A DNA stretch of 52,380 bases from Candidatus Micrarchaeota archaeon (GTDB lineage: Archaea; Micrarchaeota; Micrarchaeia; Micrarchaeales; CABMGC01), in contig JAKAUU010000008.1 in NCBI GenBank assembly GCA_021817505.1, forward strand, positions 1 to 52,380, in the 5' to 3' direction. Under the pieces are notes generated by a model. It had not been told where the DNA came from, made no database searches, and was given only the letters and a program-made list of their open reading frames with translations. This document shows positions 1-9,006 of this stretch, piece by piece (position 1 is the first letter of the stretch; each line of letters starts with the position of its first letter). The translations under genes and the position numbers were made by a program.

Positions 1-1411
1 TCGTACAGCTCGTTATCGATGCTATTACAACGTCCCCTTCCGAGAGCTTTACATCATGGTTTTCATATTTTATAATAGCGCTCTTCGGAGCGGAATGCAT
101 AGGTGCACTCTTTATCTTGCCGTTGTCTGGAACCTCGCTCTCGCTAGACCATCTTGTGTAATCTTTCTGGGTTAATCCGTTTGCAGACTGCCCGTCCCCA
201 CTAAGGAAGATGTCGGTGAAATTTGATCGTATGCTGCTTAAAGGCATCTCCTGCTTAGGCTGCGAAGGCCCCGATACACTTGGCTTAATATCTGAAAGGT
301 CCACATTTACGACTTCGCTGTACCTTACCTTAGAATAGTCTATATCGAACATTTTCTGGGCTTTAAGGTATCTCTCTACAAGTTCTGTCTGGAAGTCGCT
401 CCTGCCCGTGCTTCTCATGTATCGCAGCGTCTCATGGTCAGGAGGGAATATCGCGATTGTGGCACCGTATTCAGGACACATGTTTGAGAGAGTTGCCCTG
501 TCTGGGAGGGATAATGATGCGATCCCAGGACCGAAAAACTCAACAAACATGTTCACTACCCCATGCTCTCTTAGTATCTTTGTAAGGGTTAGAGCGAAAT
601 CTGTTGCCGTTACTCCGTTGCCAAGCCTGCCATCAAGTTTCACGCCCAATACTTTTGGAGTTATGAATGATACAGGCTGCCCCAGAAGCGCAGCTTCGGC
701 TTCTATGCCTCCTACTCCAAATCCCACAACGCCCAGACCGTTTATCATTGTAGTGTGCGAGTCTGTGCCGACAAGCGTATCAGGGAATGCAACTCTGCTC
801 TTATCGACGTTCTTTAAGCTTATGCACGTAGCAAGATACTCTAGATTGACCTGATGGCATATCCCTGATGATGGAGGGAATACGCGGAAATTGTCCATTG
901 AGCTGCTTGCCCATTTCAAAAGCTTGTATCTCTCCCAGTTTCTCTCCATCTCAAGCTCCTGATTCTTAATCAGCGCCTCCTGGGAATTGAAGACATCGAC
1001 CTGGACCGAATGGTCTATTATCAGGTCGACGGGCATCAGAGGCTGTATCAGCTCTGGCGACATTTTATTATCAGAAACATACTTCCTCATGGCTGCAAGG
1101 TCGACTACTGCAGGAACGCCGGTGAAGTCCTGCATCAGGACTCTGGCAACCTTGAATGGTATATCACGGTCTGAAGGGTTTGTAGGATTCCAGTTTGCTA
1201 GCTCCCTGATGTCTTCAAGCTTTATCCCTTTGCCTTCGTAATTGCGAACCAGTGATTCTAGCACTATCCTTATAGAGTAAGGAAGCGGTGAGGTATCCCC
1301 GATGCCGAGCTCATTGAGCATTGGCAGTGAGTAATAGAATATTTCAGAACCATCCGACATTCTGAATGATGATTTAAGCTTTCGGCTCAGCTCTCCCGTA
1401 TCCTCGTCCAT
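1..1411 (-). CDS. acnA: Aconitate hydratase A, 5' part (runs off the left edge of the window)
   Basis: Manual translation from ATG at 1411: MDEDTGELSRKLK...YYSLP...LPYSIRIVLESLVRN...RVLMQDFTGVPAVVDLAAMR...GICHQVNLEY...GTDSHTTMINGLGVVGFGVGGIEAEA...ANMCPEYGAT. These are AcnA/IRP hallmark motifs. Absent from the ORF track because it is truncated. Confidence 0.95.
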   Translation of the reverse strand, partial: MDEDTGELSRKLKSSFRMSDGSEIFYYSLPMLNELGIGDTSPLPYSIRIVLESLVRNYEGKGIKLEDIRELANWNPTNPSDRDIPFKVARVLMQDFTGVPAVVDLAAMRKYVSDNKMSPELIQPLMPVDLIIDHSVQVDVFNSQEALIKNQELEMERNWERYKLLKWASSSMDNFRVFPPSSGICHQVNLEYLATCISLKNVDKSRVAFPDTLVGTDSHTTMINGLGVVGFGVGGIEAEAALLGQPVSFITPKVLGVKLDGRLGNGVTATDFALTLTKILREHGVVNMFVEFFGPGIASLSLPDRATLSNMCPEYGATIAIFPPDHETLRYMRSTGRSDFQTELVERYLKAQKMFDIDYSKVRYSEVVNVDLSDIKPSVSGPSQPKQEMPLSSIRSNFTDIFLSGDGQSANGLTQKDYTRWSSESEVPDNGKIKSAPMHSAPKSAIIKYENHDVKLSEGDVVIASITSCT

Positions 1412-1631
1412 GAATAAGCATCTGCTTCTCAAATTTAAAAGGTTTAGCCAGATATGTTTTACCTTTATTTTGTATAATTAATAGCAAATTGGCATTGCAA
1501 TAACTGAACTCTGATCCGAGTTTAACTCGTAATAGACGGAACTTTATTTAGAAAACCTAGTAATAGAAAATAAGAAAAAGTGAAAGAATAAAAAATAAAA
1601 TAACTAACCTTCTTTCTGGGTCTTTGCAGTT

Positions 1632-2006
1632 TTACGCTTCCTCTTCCGATTCTTCTGAATCTGAAGGGGACTCTGCTGAGCTTGCCTCTTCTGGAGCTGA
1701 TTCAGCTTCACCGAGGACTTCGCCCATTGCAAATCTGGTCCTTACCTCTGTGATTTTTACTCTCAGAGTCTGGCCCTCCTTTGCATCCTTTACGAAGATT
1801 ACGAATCCGTCCTTCTTTGCTATTCCGTCTCCTTTTGAAGCCATAGCTTCTATCTTGACGTCTACTTCGTCTCCGACCTTTACAGGCTTTGGCAGGAAGT
1901 AATTAGGGTTTATACCTCTTCCTGAACCTCCGTGTCTGTCTCCTCTGTCTCCTCTGTCCCCTCTGTCTCCTCTTCTGTCATCTCCTCTTCCGAAATCTCT
2001 TGGCAT
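1632..2006 (-). CDS. Single TRAM-domain RNA-binding protein with RGD-repeat N-terminus and acidic tail
   Basis: PKPVKVGDEVDVKIEAMASKGDGIAKKDGFVIFVKDAKEGQTLRVKITEVRTRFAMGEV matches the archaeal stand-alone TRAM pattern. Confidence 0.9.
   Translation of the reverse strand: MPRDFGRGDDRRGDRGDRGDRGDRHGGSGRGINPNYFLPKPVKVGDEVDVKIEAMASKGDGIAKKDGFVIFVKDAKEGQTLRVKITEVRTRFAMGEVLGEAESAPEEASSAESPSDSEESEEEA
1935..1970 (-). repeat. 4 x 9-bp tandem repeat encoding (GDR)4
   Basis: + strand reads TCTGTCTCC TCTGTCTCC TCTGTCCCC TCTGTCTCC. Confidence 0.9.
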
Positions 2007-2092
2007 TTTATTTCCTCTGTAGGATCAGCGCTTTTAACTTCGCTTTTACTACTTCAATATAATTACTTATGTTATGATTTATAAATATATCG

Positions 2093-2746
2093 TTACTTTC
2101 GTCGAGAAGCCTTTTTGGGCTTGCTGCCAAGGGCTTTGAACATGGAATATGTGCTTTCGAATATGTAATCAGGCTTCATCTCCCTTAACAGTCCCATAGG
2201 ATCAAGGCCGTCCGCGACCGCGCATGCCTTCACGCCTGCGAACCTTGATGCATATATGTCAGATGCCATATCGCCGATATATACTGTCTTTGTTTTTTTT
2301 GTCCTATACTTGTCGACTATAAGCAGTATTCCTGAAGGGTCTGGCTTGTATCTGCCTATAGAGTCCGCGCTGAGTATGAAATCAACATACCGCAGCACAT
2401 TTGTGCGCCTCGTCTCGCTCAGCAGCCTGCTCGTATTTGAATCGCTGAAGATGCATACGCGCTTGCCCTTCCTCTTCAAAAGCTTAAGCATCTCTTCTGA
2501 GCCTGGCTTTAGCTTTGCATTTGAGAACCTTGCATAAAGCTGATATACCTTCGAGACTAACCTGCTCTCCTCTTCCTTTATCTGAAGGTCAGCTATTGAC
2601 CTTACCTTATATTCTTCCTTATGCTTCATTATATAGTTGAGCCTGTACCTTGCCTTTAGCATCTTGGAGATGCGTATGAGCGTGCCTGATGTGGCAAGAG
2701 TGCCGTCCCAGTCGAAAATGAAGAGTTCGTTTTCCTGCAGTGGCAT
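2093..2746 (-). CDS. HAD-superfamily hydrolase (phosphoglycolate phosphatase-like)
   Basis: Motif I FDWDGTL, KPDP, and motif IV YIGDMASDI. Confidence 0.88.
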   Translation of the reverse strand: MPLQENELFIFDWDGTLATSGTLIRISKMLKARYRLNYIMKHKEEYKVRSIADLQIKEEESRLVSKVYQLYARFSNAKLKPGSEEMLKLLKRKGKRVCIFSDSNTSRLLSETRRTNVLRYVDFILSADSIGRYKPDPSGILLIVDKYRTKKTKTVYIGDMASDIYASRFAGVKACAVADGLDPMGLLREMKPDYIFESTYSMFKALGSKPKKASRRK

Positions 2747-2776
2747 AGAGTTATTAATATTATTAGCAATTAAAAA

Positions 2777-2840
2777 GCCATATGATGAGATAGGTGATCG
2801 CTGAGCTTAGGCTATGACGATTGGTAGGCGGTCTGACGGT
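2777..2840 (+). ncRNA. Archaeal C/D-box 2'-O-methylation guide sRNA
   Basis: C box ATGATGA 2782-2788, 12-nt guide, D' CTGA 2801-2804, C' ATGACGA 2814-2820, 12-nt guide, D CTGA 2833-2836. Short terminal stem GCC/GGT. Intergenic, with an AT-rich TATA-like stretch upstream. Confidence 0.88.
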
Positions 2841-2847
2841 GTTTTAA

Positions 2848-3723
2848 ATGCGAAAAGGGATCCTTGAAGAGCTCAACAAGAGCAGCATTACAGTCACGGA
2901 TCTCGCAAATCAGTCCTGGTGCGAGTACAAAGTCTATTTGTCATGCACCCAGAAGGAGAAGCAGACATATGCGATGCGTGCCGGGGAAGCTGTCCATATG
3001 AATCTGCAGAAGGAGGTTTACAAGGAGTTGTCTGTAGAGCCTGTGAACTATCCCGATGTGATATACAAGAATGCTTATGAGAGCATAATGACCATGAATA
3101 GCGTCATTGATAACGGCAAGGGGAGGGAGCTAAAGATAGAAGGGGATATTGACGGCTTTACCATACGTGGAAAGATAGACGAACTGATAGCAGAGAACGG
3201 CCAAACGGTGATAGTTGAGAACAAGACGGTGAACGGCAGCAGTGGGGCGCATAACAACGCAATCAGGGAGATGCACTCCGTACAGGCGATGGTATACAGG
3301 CTGATGCTAAAGAACATAATTGAGAAGAGATATACATTCAAAAAATACTATGATTCAAACAGGATAAGCGGGATGAAGCTCTCTCCGCAGTTCATACAGG
3401 GGCTTAAAGATATAGGGATGAAGGAAGATATGATAAATATAGGTGCAATCTGCCTGAATATGTTCGAGGCATATGCCCGGCTTCCTAAGATAAGCGATGA
3501 CCTGATCATACGATATATCGATAGGGAGAGCAAGAGTATTGTAGAGGAGGTTAGGCTGAAGTATGATTATGCCTGGCTGAGCAAGATACTCCAAAAGGAC
3601 CTTTTGTTCTGGAACAAGCAGAAAGCGCCTGAACCTGTTCCTAAAGAAGAGTCATGGAGATGCAGGAGCTGCTACTTCCTTAAGATCAAAAAGTGCTCCT
3701 TTGGTATTAGCTATCTGAGTTAA
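2848..3723 (+). CDS. Exonuclease V (Exo5)/Cas4-like PD-(D/E)XK nuclease with 4-Cys Fe-S motif
   Basis: TVTDL..QSWCE, G.AVH, RELKIEG...RGKIDEL, IVENKT, Q.MVY and C-terminal CRSCYF....KC. Confidence 0.82.
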   Translation: MRKGILEELNKSSITVTDLANQSWCEYKVYLSCTQKEKQTYAMRAGEAVHMNLQKEVYKELSVEPVNYPDVIYKNAYESIMTMNSVIDNGKGRELKIEGDIDGFTIRGKIDELIAENGQTVIVENKTVNGSSGAHNNAIREMHSVQAMVYRLMLKNIIEKRYTFKKYYDSNRISGMKLSPQFIQGLKDIGMKEDMINIGAICLNMFEAYARLPKISDDLIIRYIDRESKSIVEEVRLKYDYAWLSKILQKDLLFWNKQKAPEPVPKEESWRCRSCYFLKIKKCSFGISYLS

Positions 3724-4244
3724 GAGAGGATCCCTGATAGAGTAAGCGCGGCAAGTGTGCTGCCGTTCCTCCATTTCCCTGCCGCTATCTGCCTTTTAAG
3801 CTCAGTTATTGTAATCGTGCTTGTCTCTATGTCTTCATTGTCATCAAGTCTCTGCTCGCCTTTATCCTTCAACCCAATTGCCCTAAATACATATCCCTTG
3901 GAGTACTCTGACGTAAATGAGCATATGTATGAAAATTTTCCTCCGGTGTATCCTGTCTCCTCGGCAAGCTCCCTCTTCGCAGCTTTGAGAGGAGATTCTC
4001 TCTTGTTTATGAACCCGGCTGGGATAAGGAGCTGGATCTCGCCCACCGCATGTCTGTACTCCTTCAATGCTATAACTCTGTTTTTTGTGTCAGTAGCAAC
4101 TATCATTACAAAATCAGGCTTCTTTACGCGCATGAACTCAGTAAAGACATTTTTCTTAGGTATCCATACCTTGTCAGCGTATAAATCCATGTATCTTGAA
4201 TGATATGCCCTTTTTGCGCTGATAACCTTCCACTTTCTAATCAT
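3720..4244 (-). CDS. NUDIX hydrolase (ADP-ribose pyrophosphatase-like)
   Basis: Nudix box PAGFINKRESPLKAAKRELAEETGY. Start moved to ATG 4244 to avoid overlap with alaS and its promoter. Confidence 0.9.
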   Translation of the reverse strand: MIRKWKVISAKRAYHSRYMDLYADKVWIPKKNVFTEFMRVKKPDFVMIVATDTKNRVIALKEYRHAVGEIQLLIPAGFINKRESPLKAAKRELAEETGYTGGKFSYICSFTSEYSKGYVFRAIGLKDKGEQRLDDNEDIETSTITITELKRQIAAGKWRNGSTLAALTLSGILS

Positions 4245-4311
4245 AGGAACACTGGTGTATTGGCGCCAACCATTTATAAATAATCTGTCCTTAATCTTAA
4301 GTGTAGATTTG

Positions 4312-7002
4312 ATGTTTGAGAATATCACGCTTGATAAAAGCTCATTGAGAAAGGAGTTCTCAAAGGATTACAAGAGTTATTACAATACAAAGCTCTTTGA
4401 TGACCTTGGCTTCAGCAGGCACACCTGCAGGATATGCCATAAGAACTTCTGGAGCCTTGAAGACAGGGATGTGTGCGAGGATCCTGAGCATACTGAGTAC
4501 TCGTTCTTCAAGGATAAGAAGCGTGACATAAGTTATGTTGGCATGTGGAAGAAGTTTGCAGATTTCTTCAAGAAGAACGGGCATGAGGTCATCCCAAAAT
4601 ATCCTGTAGTGAGCAGATGGAGAAGAGACCTCTTCTTCACAATAGCCAGCATACAGGACTTCCAGAGGATAGAGAATGGGCTGATGGGCTTCGAGTACAA
4701 TGCAAATCCGCTGGTCGTTCCCCAGATATGCCTGCGCTTTGGAGATGTTGAGAATACGGGAGTCACAGGCAGGCACTTTACCAGCTTCATGATGGCGGGG
4801 CAGCATGCCTTCAACTGGCCGAAGGAAGGCTACTGGAGGGACAGATGCATAGAACTCAACTACAAGTTCCTGACTGATGAGATAGGAGTCAAAAAGGAGG
4901 ACCTTGTCTACAATGAAGACGTGTGGGCGATGGGCGACTTCTCGGAATTCGGTCCTTCTCTTGAGAGCTTCGCAAGCGGATGCGAGCTTGTCAACAGCGT
5001 TTTCACCCAGTTTGAGAACTCAAACGGCTCTGTCAAGGAATTCAAGGGCAAGGTGGTGGACGTAGGCTGGGGCTTTGAGAGGTTACTCTGGTATTACACA
5101 GGATATGACACGGCGTATGAAGCGGTCTTCAAAGGCATACTTAACAAAATAGAGAAAAAGAGCGATGTCGCATTTGACAAAAAGCTCTTCGACAAATTTG
5201 CAAAGCACTCTGCAAAGATAGACTTCTCAGAAAAGGCCGGTGGAAAGGTAGAGGATTCAATCCTGAAGGAGCTTGGGATATCTAAGAAGGATTATAACGA
5301 GAAGGTCAAACCACTGCAGGCGCTGTATGCAGTTCTTGACCATTCGAGGACGCTGCTCTTTGCAGTTTCAGACGGAGCGCTTCCTTCAAACATCGGAGGG
5401 GGGTACAACCTGAGAGTGATACTTAGAAGGGCGCTCAGCTTCATAGAGGAGTACAACCTTGGGATAGGCCTCGATGAAGTTGCGGAGATGCATGCGAAGG
5501 ACCTAAAGGGATTGTACCCTGACCTTGAAGAGAATCTCGACATACTCTCAAAGGTCATCGGAATAGAGGGCAAACGCTATGCAGCAACAAAGGAGAACGG
5601 TTCGAAGATAATAGATAAGATAATAGCAAAGGGCTCAACAATAGAGGTAAAGGAGCTGCGCACTCTTTACGAGAGCAACGGCATAACCCCTGAACTGATC
5701 TCCTCTGTAGCAGCAAAGAAAGGGGTGCATGTTGAGATACCTAGGGATGCGTACGAAGGCATAATTAAAGGAGATTTCAACAGGGAACGGGAGACGAAGA
5801 AGAAGATAAGCATTGATATTGGGAAATTTACAAAGACAGAGCAGTTATACTACAAGCTTGCTGAAGAGTCTGAATCGGAGGTGCTATATGCCGATAAGGA
5901 GCACGTAGTACTTGACAAGACTCCATTCTATCCTGAGGGAGGGGGGCAGGAAGCAGATCATGGAACGATCGATGGTGCGAAGGTAAAGGATGTGCAGAAG
6001 TACGGCAATGTCATAGTGCATTTCATAGAAGGTGGCAGCGTAAAGAAAGGCTCCAGGGTAAGATGCATTGTCGACCATGAGAGGAGACAGAATCTGATGG
6101 TGCACCATACTGCGACCCATCTGATGAATGCCACCTTGAGGAACGTACTTGGCAAGCATGCCTGGCAGGAGGGTACCAGGAAGGAAGAGGATAAGGCGCA
6201 TATAGACGTCACCCATTATGACAAGCTTTACGAAAGCGATATCGAAAAGATAGAGGATTTTGCCAACAGGACCCTCTCAAAAGGGATAAGGGTGAAGGTT
6301 ACGGACATGGAGCGCGGCGAAGCAGAGAAGAGGTATGGATTTACGATATACCAGGGACATGGCGTGCCATCTAAGATAATGAGGATAGTGACTATAGAAT
6401 CGGTTGACGGGAAACTGGTTGATGCAGAGGCCTGCGGAGGCCTGCACGTCGCAGGAATGGAGCAGATGATCGGCATGATAAAGGTCATAGGCACCTCCAG
6501 AGTATCTGACGGCGTGGACAGGGTAGATTTTGTTGCAGGAAGACCTGCACTCAAGTACTTCCAGGAGTCTTATAAGCAGCTGAGAATGATATCACAGACC
6601 CTTAATGCAGAGCTTTCAAGCACCGGCGAAAGGGTTCAGGGACTTCTTGAAGAGAAGCTTTCGATAGAAAAAGAGCGTACGAAGATGCTTGAGGAGATAG
6701 CAAAGGCAGTGGCTGATTCGGAGGAGGTTGCAGAATCTGTAAATAAGGCCGTATCTAAAAAGGAGAAGGTCGCAGAGGCAAAGCTCAACTACAATAAGCA
6801 GGTTTTGAGGAAGGCAATAGGGAATATATCCTCCAAATATAAGGGCCTTACGATAATACTTGAGAGCCATTCTGGAGAGGTTCTTGCTTCAAGAGGCGCG
6901 GATTCGGATGTTGCGGCAGTGGATGCCCTTAGGAAAAAGTTTGGGAGCAGGTTCAAGGGGGGTGGCAGCAGAGACTATGCTGAGGGAAGGATAGAGTCGT
7001 GA
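4312..7002 (+). CDS. alaS: Alanine--tRNA ligase (archaeal type)
   Basis: N-terminal CxxC, YPVVSRWR..LFFTIASIQDFQ, GRHFTSF, VDVGWGFER, and editing motifs HHTATH and CGGLH. Likely start is ATG 4312. Confidence 0.97.
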   Translation: MFENITLDKSSLRKEFSKDYKSYYNTKLFDDLGFSRHTCRICHKNFWSLEDRDVCEDPEHTEYSFFKDKKRDISYVGMWKKFADFFKKNGHEVIPKYPVVSRWRRDLFFTIASIQDFQRIENGLMGFEYNANPLVVPQICLRFGDVENTGVTGRHFTSFMMAGQHAFNWPKEGYWRDRCIELNYKFLTDEIGVKKEDLVYNEDVWAMGDFSEFGPSLESFASGCELVNSVFTQFENSNGSVKEFKGKVVDVGWGFERLLWYYTGYDTAYEAVFKGILNKIEKKSDVAFDKKLFDKFAKHSAKIDFSEKAGGKVEDSILKELGISKKDYNEKVKPLQALYAVLDHSRTLLFAVSDGALPSNIGGGYNLRVILRRALSFIEEYNLGIGLDEVAEMHAKDLKGLYPDLEENLDILSKVIGIEGKRYAATKENGSKIIDKIIAKGSTIEVKELRTLYESNGITPELISSVAAKKGVHVEIPRDAYEGIIKGDFNRERETKKKISIDIGKFTKTEQLYYKLAEESESEVLYADKEHVVLDKTPFYPEGGGQEADHGTIDGAKVKDVQKYGNVIVHFIEGGSVKKGSRVRCIVDHERRQNLMVHHTATHLMNATLRNVLGKHAWQEGTRKEEDKAHIDVTHYDKLYESDIEKIEDFANRTLSKGIRVKVTDMERGEAEKRYGFTIYQGHGVPSKIMRIVTIESVDGKLVDAEACGGLHVAGMEQMIGMIKVIGTSRVSDGVDRVDFVAGRPALKYFQESYKQLRMISQTLNAELSSTGERVQGLLEEKLSIEKERTKMLEEIAKAVADSEEVAESVNKAVSKKEKVAEAKLNYNKQVLRKAIGNISSKYKGLTIILESHSGEVLASRGADSDVAAVDALRKKFGSRFKGGGSRDYAEGRIES

Positions 7003-7006
7003 GAGG

Positions 7007-7513
7007 ATGTCTAATTTCTTGTACCTGCTTATAGTTTATCCTTTAATCTACATCTTCCCCGCATATGTTGCCAACGGCGCCCCTGTAATATTCGGAGGCG
7101 GGATGCCACTTGACCTTAACAAAAAGATACGTGGAAAGCCGATATTCGGAAGCCACAAGACAGTACGCGGACTGGTAGCTGGTCTCTTATCAGGATTCAT
7201 AATAGCATACTTGGAATCGGTAATATTCGGATTGCCTTATATCCTTGCAATAGGGATACTGTTGAGCATAGGCACGCATGTCGGGGATCTGTTCGGAAGC
7301 TTTTTGAAGAGAAGGATGGGTACGAAGGAGGGAGTCAGCATGCCGATAATGGATATCTACCTTTTCCTGCTCTTCGCATTCGTCTTTGCTTTCCCATTAG
7401 GCAATCTTCCAACATGGTATGGAATGCTTTTCATAATCATACTTACAGGAGTTCTGCATAAAGGGACCAACATAGCTGCATACCTTATGAAGCTGAAGAA
7501 AGTACCTTGGTAA
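7007..7513 (+). CDS. carS: CDP-archaeol synthase (DUF46 family)
   Basis: PAYVANGAPVIFGGG.PLD, G.HKT.RG, GDLFGSFLKRR, and C-terminal H...N..AY...KKVPW. Confidence 0.92.
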   Translation: MSNFLYLLIVYPLIYIFPAYVANGAPVIFGGGMPLDLNKKIRGKPIFGSHKTVRGLVAGLLSGFIIAYLESVIFGLPYILAIGILLSIGTHVGDLFGSFLKRRMGTKEGVSMPIMDIYLFLLFAFVFAFPLGNLPTWYGMLFIIILTGVLHKGTNIAAYLMKLKKVPW

Positions 7514-7539
7514 GCGTCAGCCTGTATTGCATCTTTGGA

Positions 7540-9006
7540 TTATGCCTCCCATATCCAAGGCAGAACATTGATCAGAATTGCAAGCACTGCGATTATCGCT
7601 ATCATCTTTACGATTCTCTTATCCTTTATGCTTGTCTGGAAGATGCGCCATCCGTCAAATCCAGGTATGGGCAGCAGGTTTACAACGCCTACAAGAAAGT
7701 TTAGTATTGCTGAGAGCGCTACGAACGTATATATGAAATATATAAACTGTGATGCGATGTTCCCGGTAATGGGTCCGCTCTCTTGCAAAAGATCCACCCC
7801 TATCTTCCCATTAGAAGCAGCGACAAGCGAGTATGAACCCTGGTTAGTGACGACATTTACCGTTGAGTAAGGCTTATCCTGGGAGGCCGCAGCTGTCAAG
7901 GAGCTTATGTTGCTTATAGCATGCCCGTTCCATGAGTATATTATGCTTCCAGGGGTTATCACATTGTATGCTGGCGAACCGTTCACGACAGCAGATACTG
8001 TAATTACGCTTGTTACGAAGTTCGGCAGCACATAGGCCAGCATCAGGACAAGAATTGCTGTGAATATGAGCGAGAGCAGCAGATTAGACGCTATGCCTGC
8101 GGAGAATATCCTGTTCTGTTCATGCTGCTTCAGCTTAAGCAGCTTCTTCTCATCAGGCTCTACGTATGCCCCCATAGGTATTATGCCGAAGACGACAAGA
8201 CCTATTGATTTTATATTCAGCTTCGAGACCTTCGATAGCACCCCATGCGAGAACTCGTGAACTATTAGTATAACTGCAAGTGCAAGTATTCCTGCAAATA
8301 TTGGGATTGTTATCCCAGGTATTAGTGGTGCGACTCCTGGAACCTGGCTCGATAGCGCTGAGACATTTGGCACAGTAGTCGATAGTGATAACAGGTATAC
8401 TGCTATCCCATACGATATGCTTGCCGCATTGTAGATTATTGAATAGAAGATGAATAAGGTGAATCCGCCTATGAAATTGACAAGGTAGAGGGCATATGCG
8501 AAAAGATCTAGCGCAGGAGATGCTGTTGCAGAAGTGGACAGTCTTGAACTTATCTGGGGGATGTTTATGAAGCTGAAGGATGCTGCCATGAAAGGAACCG
8601 CAAAAGCCATTATGAAAACTGCCGAGAGTGCCCCGAATACTGCCATCTTTGCGCTTATCCTCTTCCTGAACATCAGGTATGAGAGAAGTCCGAAGCCTGT
8701 TGCAAGCCCCCAGTCGGCCATGAAGATCCAGAATCGCGGCTTCGTTTTTGCAAGCTTTTCTATTATCCACACGCCTCTTGGAGTCCCTAACATATACATG
8801 CCGAAGAAGCCCGGCAGCCTGTTCGCATTGCTTATCATGAATCCGGATATGAACAGGATGATTATTGCGATAGGCCAGCTTATTGCAGGGCTTAGCCCGC
8901 TGAAGTATAGGTATACTATTGCAAAGATCACAGCCAAAGCTATGATTGCGCTTGATAGAACATTCAAAGTAGTCCTTGTGCTTTCACTTTTTTCTTTTCT
9001 GGGCAT
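7540..9006 (-). CDS. Site-2 protease family (M50) intramembrane metalloprotease with PDZ-like insert
   Basis: HEFSH, GAYVEPDE, AGIASN, PDZ-like V..GSPA....PG..I, NLLPIPGFDG, multiple TM segments. Confidence 0.93.
   Translation of the reverse strand: MPRKEKSESTRTTLNVLSSAIIALAVIFAIVYLYFSGLSPAISWPIAIIILFISGFMISNANRLPGFFGMYMLGTPRGVWIIEKLAKTKPRFWIFMADWGLATGFGLLSYLMFRKRISAKMAVFGALSAVFIMAFAVPFMAASFSFINIPQISSRLSTSATASPALDLFAYALYLVNFIGGFTLFIFYSIIYNAASISYGIAVYLLSLSTTVPNVSALSSQVPGVAPLIPGITIPIFAGILALAVILIVHEFSHGVLSKVSKLNIKSIGLVVFGIIPMGAYVEPDEKKLLKLKQHEQNRIFSAGIASNLLLSLIFTAILVLMLAYVLPNFVTSVITVSAVVNGSPAYNVITPGSIIYSWNGHAISNISSLTAAASQDKPYSTVNVVTNQGSYSLVAASNGKIGVDLLQESGPITGNIASQFIYFIYTFVALSAILNFLVGVVNLLPIPGFDGWRIFQTSIKDKRIVKMIAIIAVLAILINVLPWIWEA

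Noticed and set aside
408..1241. Plus-strand ORFs 408-854 and 987-1241
   Set aside because: Antisense shadows of acnA. The same applies to the many short ORFs overlapping alaS, the giant protein, aglB, topA, serS, lysS, the r-protein genes and OFOR.
1560..1605. A-rich low-complexity tract as a repeat or origin element
   Set aside because: Most simply the U-rich terminator region of the minus-strand TRAM gene. No ORB-like repeats or cdc6 nearby.
2848..3723. Cas4 as part of a CRISPR-Cas locus
   Set aside because: No cas1/cas2 or other cas genes and no repeat-spacer array seen in the window. Motifs fit a solo Exo5-like nuclease better.
4245..4328. Apparent head-to-head overlap of NUDIX and alaS ORFs
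   Set aside because: Artefact of longest-ORF starts. Using ATG 4244 and ATG 4312 leaves a normal divergent promoter with TTTATAAA.
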